Part shown: positions 21,554-32,347 of the stretch, one piece after another
Layout: the number at the start of each line of letters is the position of its first letter
Position numbering within the stretch: the stretch's first letter is position 1
IMG/VR virus record: IMGVR_UViG_3300042923_000524
Location: 73,948-137,947 of that record
Strand: one strand, 5' to 3'
Source of the DNA: a virus
Length of the DNA stretch: 64,000 nt
The notes under the pieces: generated by a model
What the model was told of the DNA's origin: nothing
Database searches by the model: none
What the model saw: the letters and a program-made list of their open reading frames with translations, nothing else
Translations under genes and position numbers: made by a program

Positions 21554-21625
21554 ACAGGTCACAGCCTGTATAAATAGTGCTTTAAGCTGTGAGCGTGTCA
21601 AGGTATAACAGCCTTGACGATAGCA
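21554..21625 (+). ncRNA. pistol ribozyme (second copy, AU at cleavage junction)
   Basis: P1 acagg/cctgt, pseudoknot tcacag/ctgtga, AUAAAUAG, P2 tgct/agca, UUAAGC, GCG, P3 tgtcaagg/ccttgacg. Confidence 0.8.
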
Positions 21626-21652
21626 AAATAAAGGTTTAGGAGGTCGTTAAAC

Positions 21653-21961
21653 ATGAGTTATAATAAGGCTATGAAGCATTCAAACAATCATAGAAAAGAT
21701 AAATACTATCAACCAGTTTTAGGTATGCCCTTTGAAGGTTTAAAAGAAGGAGAGCATATAGAAAGCTATCAAAGTATAGCAGAAAGAACAGCAGAATCAT
21801 ATCATGTTAAAGCTTTTAACGAAATAAATAATACATGGGAAAGAATGTCTAAGGATTTTTTAACAGAATCAGAAGCGATTGACGAAAGTTTTATATTTGA
21901 CGAAAAGGGTTATAGAACTAGAATATATAGTGATAAAGATATGAGAGTTGCAGGATGGTAA
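21653..21961 (+). CDS. hypothetical protein
   Basis: RBS. Confidence 0.7.
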   Translation: MSYNKAMKHSNNHRKDKYYQPVLGMPFEGLKEGEHIESYQSIAERTAESYHVKAFNEINNTWERMSKDFLTESEAIDESFIFDEKGYRTRIYSDKDMRVAGW

Positions 21962-22454
21962 AAACACTATAACAGCCGAGGTATTTTAAACCATGAAGTT
22001 TTAAAAAGTTACTATAACAGTCGACACAAAATAGTTGACGAAGTTTTCTTATAACAGAAAGCACTTTTTACTTCATGGATTTTAACTATAACAGCAAGTT
22101 TAAAATGGTTGACCGACTTTTGTAAATAATATATAAAAGATTGGTATAAAAGTTACTAAGACTTGACACAATATAACTAAATACAAATATAAAATTTATT
22201 TTAAAAAAGCATTGACAAAACTTTTCTATGTATGGTAAAATAAGTATAACAGGTAAACGAAAAATAAATATATTGGAGGGTTTGAATATGGAATTAACTA
22301 AACAAGAAATACAATCAAGGATTGAGAAAATAAGCAAACTTAAAGAAACTGAACAAGATATTCAAAAATTAAAAATCATCAATCAAGCAGTAAAAGATTT
22401 AAGTAGTTTATTATAAAAAGCCAATCAAAGACGTATTCAGTTGAAATTTAAAAT

Positions 22455-22796
22455 ATGAAAGGTGGAAATAAAATGAATTATATTTTTGAAAGTATCAAAA
22501 GAGAATTAGGAGAAGATTCAATTGGTTGGAGAGAAATATCAAAATTATTAGATGCTCAACCTAAAAAAGAAGAAGTTGGTTTTAAAACAGAATTTAAAGG
22601 TGAATGCTATATAATTCAAGATGCAACAGGAAACTTTGTTTATGGCGAATGTGAAGGTGAAGGAATGGATTTTGAACAGGCACAAAAGTTTAATGATTTT
22701 AATGGAGCTTTAAGATTTGTAAATCACAATGAAGAATACGACAGTGACCATTGGAAAATATTTAAAGTAAAGATTGATTATGAAATATTAGTATAA
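22455..22796 (+). CDS. hypothetical protein
   Basis: likely start MNYIF. Confidence 0.7.
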   Translation: MKGGNKMNYIFESIKRELGEDSIGWREISKLLDAQPKKEEVGFKTEFKGECYIIQDATGNFVYGECEGEGMDFEQAQKFNDFNGALRFVNHNEEYDSDHWKIFKVKIDYEILV

Positions 22797-22808
22797 CAGC
22801 ATCCCTTC

Positions 22809-22870
22809 CCTGTCTGATGAGAGCTTGATAGTAACAAGCCGAATCCTGCTATAACAGAGCAGGAAACAGG
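22809..22870 (+). ncRNA. hammerhead-like ribozyme variant
   Basis: stem I cctgt/acagg, CUGAUGA, stem II gcttg/caagc, GAA-U, stem III cctgct/agcagg; U15.1-A16.1 instead of A-U. Confidence 0.6.
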
Positions 22871-23110
22871 AAACTGAAATAAATATTTAGGAGTGAAATA
22901 TAAATGGAAAAGAACATGATAGAAATTAATAAAACAACTCGTATATCAATTGACGATGATGGTATAATATCAATTCATCAATTAGATTGGAAAGGTAAAG
23001 ACTATACAACTATTCATCTTAGCAAAGAGGCATTAAAGCAAATTACAGAGATAGTTGAAAAGGTATAACAGTAAAATCCAGACAAAACAGTAGTTTTATC
23101 AAAATATAAA

Positions 23111-23296
23111 TTGAAAGGATGGAATAAAATGAATGATACAAAATTAGAAAATATGATATTAACAACTAAACTATGTTTAGTAGAGGCAGAAACAAAAAGC
23201 CAAGATTTTAAAGACGGTGCAATATATATGTCAAAAAGTATTTTTAGTTCGTTGGGTATACCAGATAATGTTATAGAAAAATTTATAAAAGCATAA
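23111..23296 (+). CDS. hypothetical protein
   Basis: RBS. Confidence 0.55.
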   Translation: MKGWNKMNDTKLENMILTTKLCLVEAETKSQDFKDGAIYMSKSIFSSLGIPDNVIEKFIKA

Positions 23297-23351
23297 CAGA
23301 CAACGAAAGATAGATTTGGTCAAAATAAATAGATGAAAGAAGGAAAGAAAA

Positions 23352-23795
23352 ATGAAATTTGCAAAGTATTATAATGTAACAAACAAAATGAACGAAATGA
23401 TTGAAAAGGGTGATTTATTTTCTTATGAAAAAGGTTTTTACAAAGGATTATATATCTGTAAAGATACTCATGATTTCTGGATTAGTAGAGTATTAGAAGG
23501 GTATAACAGCGAGTTTGAGCAAGAAGATGGAAAATGGTTGGTAGAGCGTAATAAAATAGATAAATATGACTTCTGTGAATTTTTAAAAGAAAAGAAAAAT
23601 GATGATTCTATAATAACAGATAGACGTACTAGAGATTATTATATAGATGAATGTTTCCAAGATGAAGTAATAATGGAAACACTAATACTTATGGATGATG
23701 ATAAAGGTCTTGAAGGATGGGATAACTATGAATGTGATAGTTATGAAGAGGCAGTTGAAGCCATTGATGGAGGCTACGGAATATTAACGACGTAG
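23352..23795 (+). CDS. acidic hypothetical protein
   Basis: 147-aa ORF, RBS. Confidence 0.7.
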   Translation: MKFAKYYNVTNKMNEMIEKGDLFSYEKGFYKGLYICKDTHDFWISRVLEGYNSEFEQEDGKWLVERNKIDKYDFCEFLKEKKNDDSIITDRRTRDYYIDECFQDEVIMETLILMDDDKGLEGWDNYECDSYEEAVEAIDGGYGILTT

Positions 23796-24100
23796 ATACA
23801 ATTATATTGTGTTAGGGTGCATTATAACAGAGTGCATCCAATAGAATATAAATATAAAATTAAGGAGGATTTAAAATGAATATAGTAAAAGAATTAGAGC
23901 AAATTCTACAACAGCCAAACTTTATGGGCAATGACAAATTAGGTTGTAATCTAGCAGTAAATCAAATACTAGATAAAATTGAAGAGCTAGGACTTGAAAT
24001 AGTAGAAAAGAAATAATATAAATATCCCAATAAAATCAACATTCTGAGCCAATTTAACGCTCTATAACAGATTGTTATAACAGAAAGGAGTCAATAGACC

Positions 24101-24331
24101 ATGAGAACATTAAAAGAGATTTATCCACCTACAAATGAATTTAATATTATATATGCTGAGTTAATCAAAGAGGATAATAATGAAGATTATATAAAAGTTA
24201 ACATACAGTATCAAGACGAATCCACAGAACAAATTAAACTTTTAATGCATGATGATTTATTAGAAGATATCAACAGATTATCAGATTTTGAACTTTGTTA
24301 TGATATAACAGAAAATGTCTATTGGGACTAG
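24101..24331 (+). CDS. hypothetical protein
   Basis: RBS. Confidence 0.6.
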   Translation: MRTLKEIYPPTNEFNIIYAELIKEDNNEDYIKVNIQYQDESTEQIKLLMHDDLLEDINRLSDFELCYDITENVYWD

Positions 24332-24796
24332 GGAGGTATAACAGCCATGCAATCAGCGAACCAGAGACAAACTGATTTTGAAGTACTAAAGACAACTAAT
24401 ATAAAATTAAACTATAACAGAAACCCAAATGAATTCAGCAAAACTATGAATATCACAATAACAGCAGCAACATTTATTATGATGGTTTTTCTAGCAATAA
24501 AGTTTCTATCATAAAATACATATAACAGTCACAAATACATATAACAGCGAACTAAGGAGGGGTCACAGTGAATGCAATTAGAATAATAGGTATAGATACA
24601 TTTGAATACTCACAAAGTAAGATAACAGCCGACATAACAACATACTGGAAAGAGTTGTATTGGAAGAATAACAGCTATTTGACGAGATACAGAACAGTTT
24701 ATGAAAACACATTATAAACACAAATATAAAACTATTGACACGGAGTAAACATATGTTAAGATTAAATTAATCAGAATAATCCAATATATTTAAGGA

Positions 24797-25096
24797 GTGA
24801 AAGAAATGAAAAAATCAGAATTAAAAACTGGAATGTGGTTAGAAGTAGAACAAAAATTTACCAATGTTACACTTATAAATATGGGAATGGTTTTATTAGA
24901 TACTGAAAATGGAGATATAATTGTAGGTGAAACATGGATGCCATTAGATAGTCTTAATGAAGATTTAGAATATGAAAATTGTCATGTAAAAATAACAAAA
25001 ATATATCAACCATCAAACAATATAGATTACCTTAGAAAAGAAAGTCCATTTAATTTTAAATTTAGAGAAAACGAGTTAGTTTGGGAAAGAAAATAG
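24797..25096 (+). CDS. hypothetical phage protein
   Basis: MKKSELKTGM...LVWERK; promoter, RBS. Confidence 0.7.
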   Translation: MKEMKKSELKTGMWLEVEQKFTNVTLINMGMVLLDTENGDIIVGETWMPLDSLNEDLEYENCHVKITKIYQPSNNIDYLRKESPFNFKFRENELVWERK

Positions 25097-25141
25097 AATG
25101 ACAATAAAACAAGAATTTGGCTTGGAAGGGAGAAATAAAAA

Positions 25142-25408
25142 ATGAAACAAACTTTTGAAGTGATGATAAATGAAAAGAATGGTAAGGTTACTATTGAAAA
25201 TTTAGGAGAAACAAATTATGCTAATCAATTTATTTATAGGTTTGATAATAACGATAGATTTACAGGATTTTACTGTGACGAATCAAAAATACAATCTATG
25301 TTTACTAAAATAAAAGAAAGTGAAATTAAAAGTCGTGAAAAGCAAATAAAACAACTCCAAAAAGAAATTAAGATATTTGAAAAAGCTAAAATACCAACAA
25401 TTCAATGA
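25142..25408 (+). CDS. hypothetical protein
   Basis: RBS. Confidence 0.65.
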   Translation: MKQTFEVMINEKNGKVTIENLGETNYANQFIYRFDNNDRFTGFYCDESKIQSMFTKIKESEIKSREKQIKQLQKEIKIFEKAKIPTIQ

Positions 25409-25446
25409 AATAAGAGTTTCAACGAAATAACGAAAGGAGAAGACAA

Positions 25447-25704
25447 ATGACCATTCCAGAAAAAGAAATATTAAGAAGCATTAGCTACTATACAAAAGAA
25501 ATTGCACCTAAATGTGGAACTGAAGATTTTGACGATGATTCTATATATTGTTTGGGTATACTTACTGGATTGTTTATATCTCTAGGCAAAGGAAAAGAAT
25601 TCACTGATATGATAAGAGCAGGAGAAGAAAAGTGGGCAAATTATGTGATTAATTTATTAAAGACAGAATTTAAATTAAATGAAACAACTTCAAAATTAAA
25701 TTAA
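25447..25704 (+). CDS. hypothetical protein
   Basis: RBS. Confidence 0.65.
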   Translation: MTIPEKEILRSISYYTKEIAPKCGTEDFDDDSIYCLGILTGLFISLGKGKEFTDMIRAGEEKWANYVINLLKTEFKLNETTSKLN

Positions 25705-26063
25705 TAAAGGAGAATACTAAAATGAATTTTACATTATACGATGTCACTTTAACAAATGGAACAGTTCAAAATACATACAGAAAAAGAGCAATTTGCCAAA
25801 GAGAAGCAATAATATTAGCTCAAGCCGATGCAATATTATCTGCAAATGGTTATGATTTTGTATCTATAACTGAAATTAAATATTAATAATAAGGAGGTAA
25901 ATATAAAAATGACATATTGTATAGGAATTAAAATCAATCACTGTATATTTGGCAGAGGTAAAATCTTAGACCGTGGATTTGAAAAGGATACTTATAAAAT
26001 TGAATTTGATAAACCAATGGACGGAATTAAAATAAGAAATATCAATAAAGATAGAATATATTT

Positions 26064-26498
26064 GTGTTAGAAAAAATAATAAATTATAAAGGAAGGTTAA
26101 TTATGTGCAAAGCAAAACAATATTCTGAGCAACTATTAAATATATACAAAAGCATTGAAGAGGATATAAATACATACGATATTGAATTAAGAAAAACTGA
26201 GGGATATTTGCAAGATATTATGCACATTATTGAAAATGAAAACTTCAATGCATCTGAAGGATATAAATTATCTAAAATGATTAAAGATGCCAGAATTGAA
26301 AGAAGAGATTTAAAGAATGAAATAGAAACACTCAATATTCTAAAGAAAACCTATATACAGATGAGTAAAAAGCAACTTAATAAAACAAGTGAAAGTATAA
26401 AAGAGAAAGATAAGCAATTGGGTGAGTTAAAGGAAAAGAAAATATATGTTCCAAGAACTTTGAAGACAACTAATTTAAAATTAGTTGTGTCGAGATAG
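26064..26498 (+). CDS. coiled-coil phage protein
   Basis: QDIMHIIENENFNASEGYKL...RIERRDLKNE; likely start MCKAK. Confidence 0.65.
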   Translation: MLEKIINYKGRLIMCKAKQYSEQLLNIYKSIEEDINTYDIELRKTEGYLQDIMHIIENENFNASEGYKLSKMIKDARIERRDLKNEIETLNILKKTYIQMSKKQLNKTSESIKEKDKQLGELKEKKIYVPRTLKTTNLKLVVSR

Positions 26499-26535
26499 GA
26501 TAATATAAAACGAATATAAAAGAAAGGATGATTAA

Positions 26536-27321
26536 ATGCCATTAAGTGCTGAAGAAAAGAAAGTAAGAGCAGACAAACGTAAACAAGATAAATATAATAA
26601 AGAACATAAAATTATCAACGAAACTTTATATAAATGGTGTACTGAAGATGAACATTGGGTTATTTGTGATGAAAAACATTTTTATATAAATAAAAGTAAT
26701 ACCGTTGATAATTTTAGTAATAGATGTATAGAATGTGAAAAGAAACGTGCAATGCAATGGAAGATAAATAATAGACCAAGAGTAAGAAAATCAGCTAGAA
26801 AATATAATGCTAAACCCCATATCAAATTAAAAATGAGAGAAGCATCTAAAAAGCAAAGAGAAGAAGGATATCAAGTAAAATACCAACAAGAAAATAAAGA
26901 GCAAATAAACCAATATAGTAAAAATAGACAGCAAAAGAATCATAGAATTACCAAAGAAGAATGGGAAAATTGTAAACATTACTTTGCCAATAGATGTGCG
27001 TACTGTGGTTTAGGTATTGAAAACCATTTAGTTATGAAGAAAGGTAAAATGGAATACCATGATTTACATAAAGAACATGCTATACATGATGGTAAAGATA
27101 ATTTATCAAATTGTATTCCATCGTGTCGAAGTTGTAATGATAAAAAATGGAAGTTTACATTAAACCAATGGTATAATTTAAGTAATCCAATTTATACATA
27201 TGAAAGATACCACAAGATTTATCAATGGTTAAGATATGATTATAAAAAATATATACATAAAAAGAAACAAAAAGGTAAATATGTTAAAAAGAATATGGAA
27301 TATTGGGATAATAAAAAATAA
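26536..27321 (+). CDS. HNH endonuclease
   Basis: CAYC...LHKEH...DNLSNCIPSCRSCNDKK. Confidence 0.85.
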   Translation: MPLSAEEKKVRADKRKQDKYNKEHKIINETLYKWCTEDEHWVICDEKHFYINKSNTVDNFSNRCIECEKKRAMQWKINNRPRVRKSARKYNAKPHIKLKMREASKKQREEGYQVKYQQENKEQINQYSKNRQQKNHRITKEEWENCKHYFANRCAYCGLGIENHLVMKKGKMEYHDLHKEHAIHDGKDNLSNCIPSCRSCNDKKWKFTLNQWYNLSNPIYTYERYHKIYQWLRYDYKKYIHKKKQKGKYVKKNMEYWDNKK

Positions 27322-27412
27322 TGTTATATTTAGCACTTTACAACATTATCCAACATATGATATATTAAATACAAATATAAAATTAATATAATAATAAAAG
27401 GGATGTGAAACT

Positions 27413-28288
27413 ATGAAATCTGAAAACAAATTACTCAACAATTTTCTTCTAGCTTTAAAATCAAAAGGAAGGTCACAGAACACAATAACATCATATGAGA
27501 TAGATAACATCCAGTTACTTAATTACATACGAGAGAAAAGGCATATAGAAGCATCTATAGATACATTTGATAAAGAGTTTTTTAATTCTGTAGGGTATCA
27601 GGATTTAGAATTCTATATGAATTATTTAACGCAAAAAAACAAAGCAGAATCATCCAGAGCAAGGAAAGTGTCAAGTATTAAAGAGTTTTTTAAATATATA
27701 ACAAAGATGAAAGTTATTACAATCAATCCTGCATTGGATTTAGAAGCTCCTTCAATACCAGAGAGAAATCCTAAATATAAAAACACAGAAGAATGCAAAA
27801 CAATGCTTCAGAACATAAAAAGCAGAAATAAAGAAAGAGATTTGGCAATCATAACATTATTTATCAATCTAGGTTTGCGTGTCTCTGAATTAGTTGGAAT
27901 TGATTTAGATGATATAAAAGAGAATAAAGTTAGAGTTATCAGAAAAGGTAATGAAGAAAAGAACATGAGATTAAATGAATATTGTATAGATGCAATCAAT
28001 AAGTATTTAGAAGTTAGAAAAACAACTGATGAAAAAGCATTATTTATTAGTGAACGTGGTACTAGAATTAGCGTTAAAGAAATTAGATATCTAACTTATA
28101 AATATGGTAATATTAATCCTCATGCCTTGAGACATAGTTGTTTTACAAACTTATTAAGTACAGGAAAGGTTAATATTCGTAAGATACAAGAGTTAGCAAA
28201 CCATAAAAATATTCAAACTACAGTTCGATATACACATATTACGGAAGATGAAATGCAAGAAACTGTTAATGCAAACCCATACTATTAA
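27413..28288 (+). CDS. XerC/D-like tyrosine recombinase, catalytically intact
   Basis: SAM-like N-domain (SRARKVSSIKEFFKY), GLRVSEL, RKGN, HALRHS, LANHK, TVRYTH. Confidence 0.92.
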   Translation: MKSENKLLNNFLLALKSKGRSQNTITSYEIDNIQLLNYIREKRHIEASIDTFDKEFFNSVGYQDLEFYMNYLTQKNKAESSRARKVSSIKEFFKYITKMKVITINPALDLEAPSIPERNPKYKNTEECKTMLQNIKSRNKERDLAIITLFINLGLRVSELVGIDLDDIKENKVRVIRKGNEEKNMRLNEYCIDAINKYLEVRKTTDEKALFISERGTRISVKEIRYLTYKYGNINPHALRHSCFTNLLSTGKVNIRKIQELANHKNIQTTVRYTHITEDEMQETVNANPYY

Positions 28289-28320
28289 TTAATATAAAAA
28301 TTAAAAGGAGAGTGTATTAA

Positions 28321-28518
28321 ATGTCATTAGCAACATTTAAATCAGAACATGATGATTGGCAACAATTTATGCAGGAAGAACACTCAATGGAAGAGTATAT
28401 ACAAAAATTTGACATAAAACTTACTAGAGAAGATATATTTGGGATTGCTAAACAGGCTTTAATGATTGAGTATATAAAAGATTTAGCAATTATAATGAAT
28501 TATAAAGTAATTGAGTAG
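28321..28518 (+). CDS. hypothetical protein
   Basis: RBS. Confidence 0.6.
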   Translation: MSLATFKSEHDDWQQFMQEEHSMEEYIQKFDIKLTREDIFGIAKQALMIEYIKDLAIIMNYKVIE

Positions 28519-28777
28519 GGGTGGGAGTATGAGTGAAAAAGTAGAAAAAGCAATAGATATATCAAAGTATAAACTAGGGCAAGTAATTAAAGACTTAAAA
28601 TGTCCTCGTTGTAAAAGCAAAGGAGGAATGCGACTTATGGGGTTATATCATAGAGAAACAAATTCACACGAATTAGAATGCAGTTGCTTTTACACCCAAC
28701 GTGTATACCCAAAGAATGTTGAATTTACATATGAAGAACCTAAAGAACCAAAGAGAAAGAAAGGAGATAATAATTAA
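28511..28777 (+). CDS. zinc-ribbon-like hypothetical protein
   Basis: CPRC...ECSC. Confidence 0.6.
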   Translation: MSRGGSMSEKVEKAIDISKYKLGQVIKDLKCPRCKSKGGMRLMGLYHRETNSHELECSCFYTQRVYPKNVEFTYEEPKEPKRKKGDNN

Positions 28778-28989
28778 TGAAAATTATAATGTTAAATATA
28801 AAATGGTTTTTAGTTTCAAGTATAACATTTTTCTTAATGAGTGCTATGATATATCTATTTCAAGATGATATAGAGCGTTTTGCGACAAGAATTATAACGT
28901 CTTTGGTTATGGCTTTAGTATTTAGACTAATGGGTTTAAACGAAAAGGAATAACAATAAAATTTATCATTTATTGAAAGGAGATAGTTT

Positions 28990-29238
28990 ATGTTAAAATT
29001 AAAAGAATTAAAACAAACTTGTAGTTGTTGTCCTAGTCAATGGGAAGGAACAACTAAAGAAGGCAAGTATGTTTATATTAGATGTGATAATAATGAACTT
29101 GAAGTCGAAACAGCAAAGAACGAAGAAGATTGGTATAAAGGTAAATTTAAAGTGGTATTTGTTGATTATAACAGTGATTATGGTGATGTAATGGATACTA
29201 ATGAAATGTTGTCTCGTACAGGAATTCAACTCATATAG
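28990..29238 (+). CDS. hypothetical phage protein
   Basis: TCSCCPSQWEG...YVYIR; RBS. Confidence 0.65.
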   Translation: MLKLKELKQTCSCCPSQWEGTTKEGKYVYIRCDNNELEVETAKNEEDWYKGKFKVVFVDYNSDYGDVMDTNEMLSRTGIQLI

Positions 29239-29530
29239 TCTCATCCAATTTCTCATTTGGTTAGCATTTTGAAAGGAGATTAATATGTTCGATTTTATAG
29301 CATGGTTATTTTTTCATATTTGTAAAATAGTATTTTTACCAGTGTTTATGCTAATATTCTTTATAAAACATTTAGTATATGCACTAGGTAAAACTTTGGA
29401 AGATTGTAGTCATATATTATTGGCTAAGTTTCCAGAAAATAATTAAATACTAATATAAAATTTATATAAAAAATATGTTGACAGGTTTAGAAATATTTGA
29501 TAAGATTGGTTTAAGATATTAAATAATATT

Positions 29531-29731
29531 TTGGAGGTAATCGATATGGATATGGATATTAAATCTATAAAGAGTAATGAATTAAAAACACAAGTTGATT
29601 TAGTATGTACTCACTGTGGAAAAGAGCATGATATCTTAAAGTCAAAAGAAGGAAAAGATTTTGTTTTTGAAACAGATTGCACTGAAGAATGGTGTATATG
29701 TGTTGATTGTCAAAATAAATGTAATCAATAG
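29531..29731 (+). CDS. small Cys-rich protein
   Basis: CTHC, CVDC; promoter. Confidence 0.55.
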   Translation: MEVIDMDMDIKSIKSNELKTQVDLVCTHCGKEHDILKSKEGKDFVFETDCTEEWCICVDCQNKCNQ

Positions 29732-29800
29732 ATTTCGTCCGAATATTAGATTTATAGAAATATTAAAAAAATAATATAAAAATAAAAAGGAGAGAAAGAA

Positions 29801-31837
29801 ATGGAATTTAAAAATTTTAAGAGGTTGTTACAAGAAAACTTTAAACAAATGTCACAAGATGTAACTCATTTATTTGAGGTCGAAGTTGACAAAGATGAGC
29901 TGTGGAATCTATATTTAGATAGTTTTCCAACAGGTACTAATGAAATCTATAGGGAAAGAAGGGAATACGATTGTAGTTGTTGTAGGCACTTTATAAAGAA
30001 CGTTGGTAATGCAGTAGTAATTAAAGACAATCAAGTTAAAACTATTTGGGATTTTGAAACAAATAGCACAACATTTCAACCAGTAGTGAATGCTTTATCT
30101 AAATACATAAAATCTAAAATTGTCTCAGATGTTTGGATAAGCAAATTTAAGACCATAGGCACTGATAAAAATTATGAGCAATTAGATGGAAAAGTAACTG
30201 AATGGACTCATTTATATTTAGAATTGCCAGATAAATTTGTAGATAAGAGTGGTAGGTCAGAAGGGGATATTAAAGGTCAATACAGAGACATTAGAAATGT
30301 TTTTAAACGTTCTTTGGATGAATTAACCGAAGATTCTATTCTAACAGTATTAGAGCTAATTTCATCAAATACACTATATAAAGGTGAAGAATGGAAACAG
30401 CAACTTACATTATTTCTACAACACAAGAAAGCATATATCAAACTAACTGATTTAGAAAAAGAAAATTATACATGGGAACAATCAGTTAAGGTTGGTGCGG
30501 TTATTGGTAAAATCAGAAATCATTCTATTGGAACATTGCTTATAAACATCAGTGAAGGAATGGATTTAGATACAGCAGTAAGAAAGTATGAAGTTATTGT
30601 TGCTCCAACTAATTATAAAAGACCTAAAGCAATCTTTACTCAAAAGATGCTAGATGATGCCAAGAAAACAATAGAAGAGTTAGGATATATGGAATCTCTA
30701 AGCAGAAGATATGCTATGCTTGATGATATTACAGTAAATAATATTCTGTTTTCTAACAAAGATTCTGCCAAAAGAATAGCTAATGCAGATATATTTGCAG
30801 AAATGTCAGGAGAAGCTGCCGTTAATCCTAAGAAATTCTCAAAGGTTGAAGAAGTTTCAATAGACAATTTTATAAACAATATATTACCAACAACCAAAGA
30901 ACTTGAAGTACTATTAGAGAATAAACACTCTAATAGCATGGTATCACTTATAGCACCAGAAAATAAAGATAGCAAAACAATGTTCAAATGGGATAATAAT
31001 TTTAGTTGGGCATATTCAGGAAATATAACTGATAGCTTGATGAAAGAAAGAGTAAAATCTGCTGGTGGTAAAGTTGATGGAGATTTAAGGTTCTCAATCC
31101 AATGGAATGATATTTCAAGAGATATGTGTGATTTAGATGCTCATTGTATTGAACCAAGTAGATATGAAATTTACTACGGAAATAGAAGGCAAACTTCACC
31201 ATCAAAAGGCACTCTTGATGTAGATATTATTAGTCCACAAAATGGAGTTCCTGCGGTTGAAAATATCACATATGAAGATAGAAAGTTTATGAAGGATGGA
31301 GATTATAAATTCTTTGTATATTATTTCTCAGGTAGACCAAACAATGGATTTAGAGCTGAAATAGAATTTGATGGTCAAATATACTCTTTTGAAAGCAAAG
31401 AAAACAACCCATCTAGCAGGATAGTTGAAGTGGCAACTGTAACTTTAAAGAATGGTCAATTTACAATAAAAGAACATTTACAATCTTCAATGTCTTCAAA
31501 AGAAGTTTGGAATTTAAAGACAAATAACTTTGTACCAGTTTCAGTTGTTATGTATTCACCTAACTATTGGAATGAACAAGATGGTATAGGGCATAGACAT
31601 TACTTCTTTATGTTAAAAGACTGTGTAAATCCAGAACAACCTAATGGCTTCTATAATGAGTTTTTAAAAGAAGATTTAATGAAACATAAGCATGTATTTG
31701 AAGCTCTTGGTGGCAAGATGAGAGTTAAAGATGTTGATGACCAATTATCAGGATTGGGATTTTCATCAACTAAAAGGAACGAACTATTAGTTAAAGTAAA
31801 AGGTCAAACAGAAAGAATAATTAAAATAAAAATATAA
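29801..31837 (+). CDS. large phage protein with Cys cluster and C-terminal YfaP/DUF2135-like domain
   Basis: DCSCCRHFI; DLRFSIQWN...DLDAHCIEP...LDVD...AVENI. Confidence 0.65.
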   Translation: MEFKNFKRLLQENFKQMSQDVTHLFEVEVDKDELWNLYLDSFPTGTNEIYRERREYDCSCCRHFIKNVGNAVVIKDNQVKTIWDFETNSTTFQPVVNALSKYIKSKIVSDVWISKFKTIGTDKNYEQLDGKVTEWTHLYLELPDKFVDKSGRSEGDIKGQYRDIRNVFKRSLDELTEDSILTVLELISSNTLYKGEEWKQQLTLFLQHKKAYIKLTDLEKENYTWEQSVKVGAVIGKIRNHSIGTLLINISEGMDLDTAVRKYEVIVAPTNYKRPKAIFTQKMLDDAKKTIEELGYMESLSRRYAMLDDITVNNILFSNKDSAKRIANADIFAEMSGEAAVNPKKFSKVEEVSIDNFINNILPTTKELEVLLENKHSNSMVSLIAPENKDSKTMFKWDNNFSWAYSGNITDSLMKERVKSAGGKVDGDLRFSIQWNDISRDMCDLDAHCIEPSRYEIYYGNRRQTSPSKGTLDVDIISPQNGVPAVENITYEDRKFMKDGDYKFFVYYFSGRPNNGFRAEIEFDGQIYSFESKENNPSSRIVEVATVTLKNGQFTIKEHLQSSMSSKEVWNLKTNNFVPVSVVMYSPNYWNEQDGIGHRHYFFMLKDCVNPEQPNGFYNEFLKEDLMKHKHVFEALGGKMRVKDVDDQLSGLGFSSTKRNELLVKVKGQTERIIKIKI

Positions 31838-31852
31838 AATTAAAAAGGAGAA

Positions 31853-32248
31853 ATGAAAAATATGAATGAAAAAATGTTTGAAATGGCAGTAAGAACAAAA
31901 ATGAGGTTTCCATTTAAGGGAATGGTATCAGTTGAGGATTTGTGGGATTTAAATGTAAGAGACTTGGATTTGGTTTTTAAATCCTTGAATTCACAGTTAA
32001 AGCAGGTAAAAGAAGAAAGTTTGCTTAATGTTAGAACAAAACAAGATGAAGAAATTGACTTGAAAATTGAAATTGTTAAGCATATAGTTAGTATTAAGTT
32101 AGAAGAAGAACAATTGAGAAATAAAGCCAAAGAAAACAGAGAAAAGAAGCAAAGAATATTGGAGATTTTATCAACGAAGCAAGATGCAGATTTACAAAAC
32201 AAATCGCCTGAAGAACTTATGAAGATGCTTAATGAACTAGATAATTAA
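31853..32248 (+). CDS. coiled-coil phage protein coupled to the preceding gene
   Basis: MRFPFKGMVSVEDLWDL motif. Confidence 0.65.
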   Translation: MKNMNEKMFEMAVRTKMRFPFKGMVSVEDLWDLNVRDLDLVFKSLNSQLKQVKEESLLNVRTKQDEEIDLKIEIVKHIVSIKLEEEQLRNKAKENREKKQRILEILSTKQDADLQNKSPEELMKMLNELDN

Positions 32249-32347
32249 AGATGGTATAATATATTAGTATACAGGGTTTTATTTCCTGTATACTAATATT
32301 AAAACCTAGTAATTGCAACAGGTATAGAAGTTAAATGTTTCGATGAA

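Larger units (their letters stand above)
21522..24674 (+). repeat. dispersed, co-oriented ATAACAG heptamer cluster (24 copies counted)
   Basis: counted by eye; all on + strand; rare elsewhere in window. Confidence 0.85.
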
